The translations under genes and the position numbers were made by a program. Positions 52,562 to 64,000 of a DNA stretch of 64,000 nt are shown piece after piece (positions within the stretch are counted from its first letter, which is position 1; each line of letters opens with the position of its first letter). This DNA comes from Yuukianura sp. NJ FZ-2021. Its lineage: Eukaryota. The stretch spans positions 4,960,001-5,024,000 of the forward strand of contig CM102285.1 of assembly GCA_046563655.1 (NCBI GenBank), written 5' to 3'. The notes under the pieces are model-generated. The model saw nothing but the letters and a program-made list of their open reading frames with translations, made no database searches and had not been told where the DNA came from.

Positions 52562-55050
52562 TTGGTGCCCGATGCAGGGGGAACATTCTATCAGGTACCA
52601 ATTTCACTACTAATGTAATTAGGAATCATGGGGAACGAAATGTACTCACTGACAAGTAATAGATTTTTATGTAATCAGTATCAAAAAGTACAAGATGAAC
52701 CAAAATAATAACTTGATTATAAACGGCTGAAGGGCCATCTACACTGCGTCTGCGCCGTTTTGTTACTGGTAGTATTAGTTAGGTAAAAACTTTAGTGAGG
52801 GTAAAAACTGGCACCATCCATAAAGTTCTGAATCAGAACTACGAAGTTAAAAAACACTTATTTGTGAAGGATTCATGATGAGAATTTTGAAAATGAGGGT
52901 ATACTGAACACAATTCAATTAAAAATTGTAATAAGGTCAGGAATTGAAAAACTCAACAGCAAAGTCCTGTGCAGTTAGTCTTTGTGCGGAAGGTTCCGTT
53001 TTGTGTTTAGGCATAGCATATAACCGTTACTATACTCTGCTGTAGATAGACTCACGCCTCAAGAATGACGTCAAATCAGAGGCGAAAGTATATCCATCAA
53101 GGGGAAGTAAGGCTATAGGCAGACAGAGTAATACCTTCAGACAAGGACTACTAACATGGTATATGTTTCTTTCAACTTTTACTACAAAGCACTCTATAAC
53201 AAATTTATTTTCGATCCGGCAGACAGTTTCTATAAATGAGTACCTTCAAATGACTTAGTCAACGATTGAGCAAAAATTGTTCCAAGAATGTAATATCATC
53301 TAAAACTTTCTGAATCATTGTTCTTTATTGCAATTCTTTAGTAAAAAGTACTCACTGGCATTTAATTCAATTCTTCAAGAGATGACGAGTTACCCTCTAA
53401 ATCTTGATAGCTATTACAGGGCTATATAATAACACATGTTATAGTAAAACGGTACTGTAGCAATAACAAGGCTGGCATATAATGGATCCTGCATCCTTAA
53501 GGCTTAGAGGACAGCATAGAATAACGATTCACTTAACATTGTCATTAGTTAGCCCACTTTTCACTCTCACACTACATCAGCTAAATTGGTAACAAAAATT
53601 TTACAGACTAGTGGTTCAAAAGTAAGCATGCCACTGGTTCAAAAATTAGTTGGTTCGGGAGCTTAAGTGGTTCAGAAACATTAGGTTAAATGTGTGTTTT
53701 AGGTTTGGTTATTGGTCCTAATTTTTGAGCCGTTGGGTTTTGAACATATTTAGCTAAAATAATGGCATGGAACCGTTCAAAAACAGGACTACGTAAACTG
53801 GATTCCCATACACACATAGCCATCCGAAATCAGTTGCTTGCGAAATTGCAGCTTACATATACTTTGAATTTTTACGAAATTTGTCATTTAAAAATCTAAA
53901 AACTCAAAACTAAATATCTCCTGTTCCTTTCAGTAAATCCTTTTAACGTATATAAGGTAGATGGCCCAGTCAGTGTGGAGAGTTACAGTATATATGGTTG
54001 CTATGAGAAATAGGAGATTTGCCAAAATATTTTTTTCGTTCCAACCTCACAAAGATCAAACGGTATAAATTTTAATTAATGCATACTTTGAGTACCGCAC
54101 ATGAGTAGCCTAGGAGTTATATATGGTAGCATACAACACCCTATGGAGTACGAAACGACCATTACCGTTGCCATGGGAAACGAGATCAAGCATAAATATA
54201 CACGCTCTGAGTTTTATTTTATTTGGGTCTACCTAATTTCTATTATTTTAGTTATTTTAAAATAATAAGCGTGCAATTTATTTAAAGATTTCATTCTTTT
54301 AAAAATAATTTTCCATCCAGGTCATACACGCGTAGAATGCCAAAAATAGGTAGAGGATCAACTAGAAAAACCAGGAAGCGCGCGATAAAAGGAAAAATGC
54401 TCATACCAGTTTTTGCATAGGCACTGATATTCTCTAATTTTAACATAACTTTACCCTACTTAAAGTTGGCAAGTTGAATTGGCAAACAAATAAATGGAAC
54501 AAACAGGACGCGTGCAAGGTTTTCTAGTAGTTTCGCTCAAAATAAAATCGGGGAAGGAATTGGCTAACTAAAAAAAAGGGCGGGGATAACCTACTGACCT
54601 CAATAGGTTTCCTACCAATAATGTCCAAGTTGGCAAGTATACCAGGAATTTATCCGATCCCCATACATATACAAAAGATTAGGAAATCCATGCAAATTTG
54701 ACACCCAACTCAGAGTATGGAAATTTGTCGGGACATTAAGAAAAAAAAAGAAAGGGGTGGGATTGAAATCATTAGAAAAAGTTTTCAAATACCCGAACAC
54801 AGCATTTTTGGAATCCAGAACCAATAACTCTGTCAAATCCTCCAAGGGTTTTACGGGATCAATCAGTAAAACACAGTCAGCAATTTACAAAATCCAAACT
54901 TGACTTCACGACAATCCGGAAGGAGTAATTCCAGGTATCAGGTATCATTGTCCAACGATACTAGAACACCCTCAAGGTAGAATCCGAATCATTTTCTCAT
55001 TCGATTCAGTAAATACAGGACAACTGGCTTTAGCATTGCAGCCTGTAGCC

Positions 55051-55785
55051 ATGTCCGCTAAAGTTAAGCTACCTAGATTTTCAGGAGAGTCAGGCGAAGA
55101 TGTGCTTACGTTTATAACTAAATTTGAGCTTGCATGCGCAGCCAATGACATACCTGCAGGGAAAATGGCAATAACTTTAACCTGCCAATTAGATGGAACT
55201 GCAGAAGCCTGGGCGGTTGTCGAAATTGATCGCTTGAGACGCGAAGCGGCAGGAGTAGCCGTCACCATAACGTACAATCAACTTCGATCAGACCTCATTC
55301 GCATTTTTGGTAACAAAGATTCACTGGCCGCTGAATTAAAATATAAAGATCGCAAACAACAAATACATGAAAGCATTGAGAAATATGCATATGAATTGTT
55401 AAAATTAATTCAACAATATGATCCAACGATGAATGAGGAGAAAAGAGTTAAGTATCTCATCAAAAACTCCAGACCGTCGTTTTTGAGTCAAATATCTCTG
55501 TTGAACCCAAAAACGACGGAGGAATTTTTGAGAATAGGGCGAGGCATTGAAGACACCAATCAAATCATTGCGCATCACCGCGATGTCAATGTTTTAACAT
55601 ACGCCCTTGAATCTACCGTTAGTAAAGACAAAGAAATTTCAGACCTTGGTGAAAATGTCAAAAATTTACAAGTCTTAATGGCAATGCAAGAGCCGGTCAC
55701 TGAGCCGGAGCCGGAGCATCATGCAAAAAATGGGACTCGGGGGAGCTTTCAGAGGTCCAGCTACCCCGGGACTCAATTTCAGTAA
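55051..55785 (+). CDS. gag: Retrotransposon Gag (capsid-like)
   Basis: LPRFSGESGEDVLTFITKFE...LDGTAEAW...RKQQIHESIEKYAYELLKL is a retrotransposon gag-domain pattern. Confidence 0.85.
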   Translation: MSAKVKLPRFSGESGEDVLTFITKFELACAANDIPAGKMAITLTCQLDGTAEAWAVVEIDRLRREAAGVAVTITYNQLRSDLIRIFGNKDSLAAELKYKDRKQQIHESIEKYAYELLKLIQQYDPTMNEEKRVKYLIKNSRPSFLSQISLLNPKTTEEFLRIGRGIEDTNQIIAHHRDVNVLTYALESTVSKDKEISDLGENVKNLQVLMAMQEPVTEPEPEHHAKNGTRGSFQRSSYPGTQFQ

Positions 55786-55928
55786 CGACCTCCATTCAAC
55801 CAAAGTATAAATTATGTTCCGAGAAACCGCAATCTGTCTATGACATATCGATTCCCGTAGCGACCATCCTAACGAATACGCCAAAAGATCATGAGTCAAC
55901 TTTTCATCAATACGCACCAATAGTTATC

Positions 55929-57170
55929 TTGACAGTCGGGACGGGTCATTTATTAATAATTACAGGTTTTATTAACCAAATGCAAGTACCCATTTTACTC
56001 GATACAGGTGCATGTGCTCGCATAGTATCATCTGAATTAATCAATCCGCATAATATTCAGCAGTTAAAGCAAAAAATAGCATTGTCTAGTATTACCATCA
56101 AATCAATCGAACCTTCTGGTAGCTCTCATGTTTCCATTCAAATGGGAAGGGAAATATTTCTACATTCAATGCTTCTACTTGAGGACTTCATATTAAAAGC
56201 ACTAGTGGGAGCAGATTTCCTTGAAAAAGCTAAAATTCAAATTAATTATTTAGACAAGACAATCAAGGTGGAAAGCACCGTATTGGCTATGGGCACTACC
56301 GGCAACAATAATCATGAACTCAATCAGGTTAACATCGCTACTGTAGAATTAGGAAACAGAGATCAAGAGAGACAACCACAAGCTTTTAGTCCACCCCAGG
56401 TGGAGGAGAGTGATAGGGGGAATCACACTCCTAATAGTACAGAGGAGCAATTAAACACGAGTCAAAGGGTTAAGCCGTACGCAGAGACAGAGATTCAGCC
56501 AAACACAGGCATTCATCAACAATTTTGTAAACAAATAATACTCACATCACTGACCGGTCATGAGGAGAAAGTGATCTGGAATACACCACTTTCTTCTATA
56601 ACGGATCCTCAGTGGAAAGGAGGTGAAATTCGTTCCAGGCCACTTCCTCTTTTCAAAGAAGAAGTGAGTATTTCTATGAGAGAAGAAAATGAGAGTAGCG
56701 ATGACATTAATGAATTCAATGAAAAACGAGTCTTACATCAAATTGGTATACATACGGTTACCCCATTTTTGAATAAATGGAACAGGAAAACTGATACACA
56801 AAGTACCGTTTTGTCCACAGAAATGGAGGCACAAGCAAGTAAATTAAATATTACTCACGCCCATTCTTTACAACTTGAGACTTCGGAGATTGATGAAACC
56901 AAACCAGACTTTGACATAAATCAAGTACCACAGGCATTGTATCAAACTCATATCGAACATATATACGTGTGCAGAAATACAGCGTTGACTCATGATCAGG
57001 TTCGGGATTTAAAACACTTGCCTTTTGAATTTCCCGCCATTGACTGAAGAACAAATTGACATTGCTAATAACATACATGCAAGGTCAATTAAACACGAAT
57101 CACCCCTAGCTATTAGTCCCCAAAGGACACGGCCTAAGACCACATGGCTTAAAAATTATGAAACTGAACA
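55929..57170 (+). pseudogene. pol: Truncated pol: aspartic protease followed by a probable integrase-tail remnant; RT, RNase H and IN core absent
   Basis: ILLDTGA and ALVGADFL protease motifs. No YxDD or DDE region in any ORF of the track. SPQRTRPKTTWLKNYET at ~57115-57165 resembles the RxxRxxxPxWLxDY ending of Gypsy pol. Confidence 0.7.
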
Positions 57171-57292
57171 TAATGTAATGTAAACTACAAAGTAACTCAC
57201 TAACCATAGGTTAAGTTTATACATTATTGACTAACAAAACTAAAAATATAAGAAAGCATGTGCTGCTTATAATTATTGCTGTGGCACAAAGC

Positions 57293-58260
57293 ATGGAGCT
57301 TAGAATCAGTCAACTCATAACAGTCATCAACATCATTTCAACGCTGGTCATCGCGGGTAAACTTAAAAATGAGGAAGCAATATTCCGTCAGTATTTCGGA
57401 TCCATGTCGGTCAAGGAAGACAACCCCTTATACTACTGTGACCCTAATACAGGAGCTGATATACAAAATGCCGAAAATTGACCACTGATGACAAAAATTT
57501 GATGTAACAACTGATTCGTATTGATTGAACTACGCCAAATCCGGAAGACACACCAGAAAATGTCAATTGACCGATATCCGATCAACATTACAGCGCAGAA
57601 CTCACACTGGACCATGGGAGTGCCCTATCAACGGACCAACCCCTACGAATATTGTAGTACCACTCATCCCACTGATGCCTTAATTACCACTGATCTACAT
57701 ACGGCGACATCTTCATGGCATTTGAATGTATCAAGGAAATCTTATACGAATCTAAAACAGTTTATTTCTTTGGTCACACAGGACACCAGTACTACACGAC
57801 TCGGAGCCGGGTCCCTTTCCCAGAATGCCATAGATTGGTTAGTCCCTTCCGAAGTCTAGATGACAGTGTCTTACGAAAACTCAATAACACCACCTATGGA
57901 ACTCAACATCGAACATTCGCCTACTATATCTCGACCGGCACGTCCTACAGATCTGTAACTAATTATTCGGGTGCATAAAGGAACTTATAATAGGAAAAAG
58001 TTTATTCATGTTAACAATTTAGAGCCTATTACGGTTTCCCTGTAACCGCTGGACATTGTCAATTAATTAATTCATATTTAGTATGAGGAGACAGTTATAC
58101 GTTTTATGCCCCAGACAAAACATGTGACCGCTTCGCACATTTGAATCTAATCTTTGATTTTCTGCCCCCATCTCGAAATTGTTGTTACTACCCTCTTTCG
58201 ACCTTACTTCTGTGGAAAACATCGGCTACATGAGATACGGACAACGATGATTGGACGCTC
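57293..58260 (+). pseudogene. Frameshifted envelope-like glycoprotein remnant
   Basis: Signal-peptide-like MELRISQLITVINIISTLVIAG, then PLYYCD and AFECIKE...VYFFG...PECH...SVTNY...GHCQ...TCD spread over several frames with stops. It occupies the env position just before the 3' LTR. Confidence 0.55.
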
Positions 58261-58653
58261 ACTCATACTGGTGATTTCATCCCAATTAATACTGTGTTTC
58301 CTCATACCTCTGTTTCAACTAATGCTACCCTTCCTGGCGTATATGTAGATATGTGTGACCCGTAAAAGCAATACAGAAACACAAAAAAAAAAAGAACGAC
58401 AAGTACTCATGTATAGATGTTTAGTGTATTTATTAGTAATGTATATGTATGTAATTAACACAATGTTAGCAGCAACTCCTGCATAAGATCCGATAAGACA
58501 TTGTTATCAGAATACTATATAGTTATTTCATGTCGTGTGCATCAAAACAAAAAATGTGTGACTTTGAGTATAGGATACATTGCTAACAACTAACATTGAG
58601 GCTGTGTAAAGAAAGGGAATTCCTTCCAGGAATTCGGTGTTGGCGGGGAGGAA

Positions 58654-59142
58654 TGTGAGGTCAGGATACCGTGGTTAGCCCACGGAACCCTGTCCTCACT
58701 ACCCACATAGATTTGGCACACTGACTCAAGGTTTTGCACACGAGCCTATGTTGGCCGAGTGAGAGGAGCTACTTTTGGGTTTGGCAGCTTCCTCTCATGG
58801 TCACATTCCTGACCATGAGAGAAAGCTTAAGTAGCAGAGGAGTGCGGGAGAGCGGAGTAGTAGTAGCTTGGGAGACAGTAGATTGGGAGAGAGTCAAGCA
58901 GGAGAGTAGCCGAGAGTCAGTAGGTCTCCTCTCCAGATCTTCCACCATGATGGAGGAGCTGGAGAGTGGACGAGTCCTGGTATCCAACACCGAGGTCCAG
59001 AGGGACCCTTAGGGCGAACAGCGCAATAAACTCATCGTCGCACGCATTCCAGGGTCACGTCTTTCACCTTCTTTGAGTCACTGCCGAGGTTACGGGAGGG
59101 TTGCTACACTGGACCAAGGTGGGTCCGGTTGGCACCCTTTCA
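58654..59142 (+). repeat. 3' LTR
   Basis: Direct repeat of 52073-52561 at an offset of 6581. Confidence 0.95.
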
Positions 59143-59178
59143 ATTTTAACAACATTTAGTATAAAAGAATCGTGTTTC

Positions 59179-59581
59179 GGTTAGATTATCGTTTTTATTA
59201 GACAATTTTTATTAGAATTTTTAGAATTTTTAGAATTATTAGAATTTTTAGAATTATTAGAAATTTTTATTCTAATGTTTATTAGAAATATTTGTTTTCG
59301 TTTTTTTCACCGTTTATCACTTTTCAAACATTTTCGGAACGTTTGGAGCACAAAAAATTTTTTTGACCCCAAGGGTCCCCCTTCTCATTTTTTTGAAAAT
59401 CTGGACTCGAAAAATGAGAAGTGGGGACCCTTCGGGTCAAAAAAAATTTTTAGCTCCAAACGTTCCGAAAATGTTTGAAAAGTGATAAAAGATGAAAAAA
59501 AAAAACGAAAAAAATTTTTTTCGAAAATTTTGACCAAAAAACAGAAAAAATTTGAACTACCCCAACAACGATAATCTAACC
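59179..59581. mobile_element. MITE with GG...CC ends and 8-bp TSD (Merlin-like)
   Basis: TIR GGTTAGATTATCGTT / AACGATAATCTAACC; TSD CGTGTTTC at 59171-59178 and 59582-59589; internal long hairpin at ~59314-59489. Confidence 0.8.
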
Positions 59582-62396
59582 CGTGTTTCTTAGTTTTAAA
59601 CAGTTTTTTTAGTTCTAAACTAAAAAACAGTTTTTTGTTTACTTTCAACGCAGTTACCCATAGACCGCCAAATTAAAGCTCCAAAAACGACCGTCCTTAT
59701 TGCACAAATAGTGTATTCCAAACGTATTATGGTGTTTAATTGTATGTATTATATATCCATGTATGACCAGTTTCGCGCACAATGTATTCTATGAAAAATT
59801 ATTTTAACGTTACGATTTCTCTGGATTTCTCTGCACTATACAACATTAGGTACAAATCACGCGTTTAGACGCTTAAATCAGCATGTTTCAAATGGCTAAT
59901 GGCTGTTTAAAATGACTACCCTTGTGTAAGTATGTCGAAGGTAAGGCGTATTTAGAATTTGAAGTTTGACCCGAGAGGACTTGACTACGACATGGTTTTG
60001 AGTTAGCCACACAGTGCGTTAGTTAAGTTGAGTAAGTGTAAGGCTGACGAGACTATCCATAACAAAAATTACATGTGTTATTACATTGGTTACAGTGGAA
60101 ACTTTCGACCATCACCATGCGGAAATTACCCATCAGTTTCCCATTGGCCTCACTACTAACCAATACTCTCCCGCTTAAAATCGCACGCATATATATAAAT
60201 ACATGCATACATAAATATATAAACATAACTGCACTGAGTTAACTACGTCATGGAGACTGTGAATTGGCTTGACCTTACATTTGTAAATTACAAATGTAAG
60301 GTCAAAGACACCGGCAGAATTTCTATTCTACGCTAACATGGAGGTTCTACTTGGTATTTTGCAATGAACAAAATGAGCGCGGAGTAATGTTCATTGAAGT
60401 TGGACGCATGAAAGGCTCGAGTCAATTTCTGTGGGATTCAGAGGTTTTCCAACAAAGCTTCGTTCTTAACCGGGTATTGATCCATCCGCGCTCGGACGGA
60501 GAAAGTTTGGAGGAAAGAATATTACACTTTCCTTTCTTTTGTCAGCAGAGTCAGCACTATTCTTGGGGAAACTTTCGCAAAGCCTTTGCTGCTTTTAGTA
60601 GTAAGTAAGGCAGGTTTTGGCTACGAACCGAAACGCTAATCCGCAAGCAGATATGTTTATATAGTACCTCTTAGATGATGGATTTCCAACTTCATTCTTT
60701 GTTAAAATGTATATGTTCTCAAAAGAAAATTTTCTCGTTGACCAAATCTTTGGAACCGCAACACTCAGGAATATGACAACCATTTAATGGTATCCAATGA
60801 GTTTGAAAGCAACTGAAGTATAAAACAGTGAAACAAAAGCAGTTATGTTATAGAACATTAAGTGATAACACATTTATCATTCGGCAAGCGTACGGATCAT
60901 TTAGTACTATTAATTAAACTTGTTGTCGTTGTACTATCACATAAACAATATAGCGTTTTCCACTATCCTTATCAATTCAATTCTACTAGACTTAAGAGAT
61001 TCATCGCAGGATTTTAAGGTTTAAAATTTAAACTATGTGAATCAATTACGAAGTTTGTCGAAGTTGATTATGCTTAAATTTATTTAAAAAACATCTATCG
61101 TACTTGTATTAAACGTTCCACTACTAAGACATTACTAACTACGGTGTGTTGCAAAACTTACCTACACTTTTGTTGTTATTGCGTTTGTTGTTGTTGTAGA
61201 ATTCACTGTTATTGACCTCTTAATCGACACAATTCTTTATTGCGTCTGTATAGGTCACAAATCTCCAGTGAATTGATCGATGTATCCGGCTCCAAAAATT
61301 CTTTGCACTCTGTTGTGGAGATTCATTATCCTGTATTTGCTTGTACTTGTGTAATAGTAATTCTACCAGATCGTTAGTTACAACTTTCGTCATTTTGAGA
61401 AACCCCGGAATGCGGAGGATACAGTTATCGTACCAAGTTCACAACCACCACAGAACTACTGAAGTTTTCTTTTGTTAGTAAGCACTCACAAAACAAGGTA
61501 CTATGGACTTTCTTGAGTTGGACGATTTCACTCACCTTTCTCTTTTACATCCCTGCTATTACTTTCTCTTAACATTCTTAACAGACTTCAATATCCTTGA
61601 TATGTACAAATAGCTCTTACTGGATTACATGATTTTGAATAAAACGTAAACTAAATACAATTAAAGTGAACCCGAGAAGAAGCAAAAGCAGACACACGAC
61701 ACTTTACGCTGGAGCTAAACACCTACGTTTAGGGAGGAAATCAGGGATAGGCCTTCTGTTCTGCCTCCTAGGTTACTCCACCCAACCAACCCACATAAAG
61801 CGTTGAAGTCGAACAGGGATAAGCAAAATTCAGATCTGTTCAAGCGCTTCTTTCTAAAAGAGTGGAGAAAGGAGCTCAGACAGAGCCCCCACGTGAAAGT
61901 TCTTATTAGAAGATGGATTAAGTTAGAAAAGGGGCGGCCGGAGAAAGTTCTGGCGAAGAGATGGAGCTGTTTAGGTTAGGTTTAGTTAAGCTCAGTCAGT
62001 CCACTACATTAGTCAAACCGTTAAAAAGTTAAACCAACAATGCTTTTAGTAATCATAAGTGCTTTTCACATTCTCATATCGTTAACGGCCACTAACGCGG
62101 TGCGGTGAGCACTAGGCAGTTCCTTAGTTCAATCCTAACAAGGAATTCCGTAAATTTTTAAATTGCACTTTATTTGAATTGTGGCTACTTTATTACGCTT
62201 TGTTGGTTAAACGCTAAATTCCCAAATTTATAAAAGCAGTATAACAAATTGGGTTTATTCCAGCAACTATTGGCCTCTTGTCCCATGATAGTTTATGTTA
62301 TTATATTACATGATGTAATACAAATGCAATACATTTGAGAGATTCGAAAGAGTTCAATTAGTGTATGCGAAGTTTCTGTTTTCTATTTAAATCTAG

Positions 62397-64000
62397 TTAA
62401 GGCTGCACTTTGTATATGTTAACGTTGTTCGAACTTATTGAACCAAGAAGGTATTCATTATTAACTCGACATGGCACAAAGCTCAGGACTTGCTCTCGAC
62501 CGATTAGCGTTTGCTGCGGTTTGGTTTCAGATAGGTCCCATATGCTTGTGATGTGTCTGGATCCTTCTTGAACTTCTGCGGCAATTAAAACTTTCTCCTT
62601 GTTTGGACTGAAAATGGACGACCTCGTCATTTTAGTAGCCTGATGCGTTTGATTTCCCTAAATGTCAAATAATGGTATTTAAATCACTGATTCAGATAAA
62701 TTGCGCGAATTCGTTTTCTGAGAACAGCCAAAGGAGCTTCATAATGTTTTTTTTAGTTGTTGTTGGAAATGAAAGGCTTTTTGAAAAATTCTGATTCAGT
62801 ATACTTTCAGTATATTCTGCGATTTTCCACAATTTTTTTTCTGAAAACACCATGAACGTCGATTTAAGAAAAACGTATTTTGCAAGCCAAAATAACAAGT
62901 AGCCTTATGGGAGAAACCCATTTTCAAAAGTTTTGCAAAAATTAGTTTAGTTGTGCCCGTAATTATTATTTTGCAATAGGAAGTATTCAGCGAAAGTAGG
63001 AAAATCATAAAAGCCACCAGAATTTTACCGGCGTTTTCTAATAATCGTAGTCCAAGAATTTAACTTTTTCTTTTCATAGAGTGGTCTATAGTCAAAGCAA
63101 AAATTCAGTGTGGTTGCTAATTCTAATTCTAAGATCACTTACGTCGTAGGACTGGACAATATCGCAGGAAGCCATCGTTGAATTTTGCACAGTGGATTGG
63201 TACTGGGTAAGATTGCAAACGATATGACGACTTGGCACTGCAGAACCTTTGAAGGACGCCTTAGTAGAAAATAACGCATGACGAGATATTGGCTCGTAGT
63301 CAACTGACAGAAAAGAACCTTCAATCGGTAATTGGTGGAAGTTTGCTTCTTCGTTTCGAAGCTCACAAAACCAAACGGAGGTCAGTTTTTGGACTAATAA
63401 ACCCGTCATGGTAAAGAAATTTGCCTCGGAGCTAAATAAAAGTGATATAATATAAGTAACTCATCAAATTCCAAAATTGTCGCTCCGAAATTGAAATTGT
63501 AAGCTTTACCCCTTGCCATATGACGGTGTAACAAACTTGAGTCCAGCGGTTGGAGTTCTATCTTCAGATGATATCACCAATGACTTCACTGCTTCTCTTC
63601 CGTTTCGAATGTCATAAACTAGAACCTGGCCATTGGAGGTTCCAGCATAGAAAAGGTGTTGCGCCGTTTTGCTCCAAGCGCATGACCAAAGTGGATAGTC
63701 CGCATTAAAAGCTTGAACCGTTATGTTCGTATTGCAATTAGTGAGAATAGCCCGTTTGTCTAGTCCAACTGAAAGAAGAACGTCCCCCTGAGAATTGAAC
63801 TCCAGATCACGTATCTCTTTTAAATGTAGAGGCGTAGTCAGTGTTTCTCTCATGTCAAGGAGATTGATTTTCTTCACTCCGTAGCTACCAACTGAAAACA
63901 GTTAAAAGTTAAACAGTTAAAAATGTATGTTGCCTTTAGGCTGAGATCTTCAACTTTAACTTAAGATAGAGTGTGAAGCGTATCTTACGTGGATACAGCG
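62397..64000 (-). CDS. RFWD3: E3 ubiquitin ligase RFWD3, WD40 C-terminal exons (5' part outside the window)
   Basis: YGVKKI...PLHLKEIRDLEF...LLSVGLD...PLWSCAW...FYAGTSNGQVLVYDIR, LPIEGSFLSVDYEPISRHALFST and MTRSSIF match the RFWD3 WD40 region. Confidence 0.85.

Larger units (their letters stand above)
52073..59142 (+). mobile_element. Non-autonomous LTR retrotransposon (Gypsy-like)
   Basis: 489-bp TG...CA LTRs at 52073-52561 and 58654-59142; 5-bp TSD ATTTT; PBS TGGTGCCCGATGCAGGGG after the 5' LTR; PPT GGCGGGGAGGAA before the 3' LTR. Confidence 0.95.

Overview
Intron-rich eukaryotic DNA from an arthropod. A hexapod such as a springtail is my inference from the gene set, the TTAGG tracts and a divergent gustatory-receptor-like gene. 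Host genes in order: 3' part of grainyhead (+), cyclin Y (-), Cdc6 (+), DNAJC7/Tpr2 (-), chitin synthase (-), a 7TM GR-like gene (-), LSM14/trailer hitch (+), ZC3H15 (-), PABPN1 (+), heparan sulfate 3-O-sulfotransferase (-) and the 3' part of RFWD3 (-). The window carries many young transposons with readable TIRs and TSDs (hAT-, Mutator-, Tc1/pogo-, Merlin- and P-like, a foldback and an LTR element). Highlights: (1) a 1.15-kb P-like element whose spliced ORF fuses THAP, a coiled coil and the P-type C-terminal domain in frame with no catalytic core, like a KP repressor; (2) a Mutator-type MITE inside a DNAJC7 coding exon that offers in-frame splice or start signals able to rescue the ORF; (3) a hAT MITE that interrupts a chitin synthase exon; (4) a pol-deleted LTR element with apparently identical LTRs and a decayed viral-type envelope; (5) an A-rich tract in the PABPN1 3'UTR; (6) a GC-rich structured segment with a TTAGG-template-like motif. 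All gene models and folds were read by eye; no searches were run.
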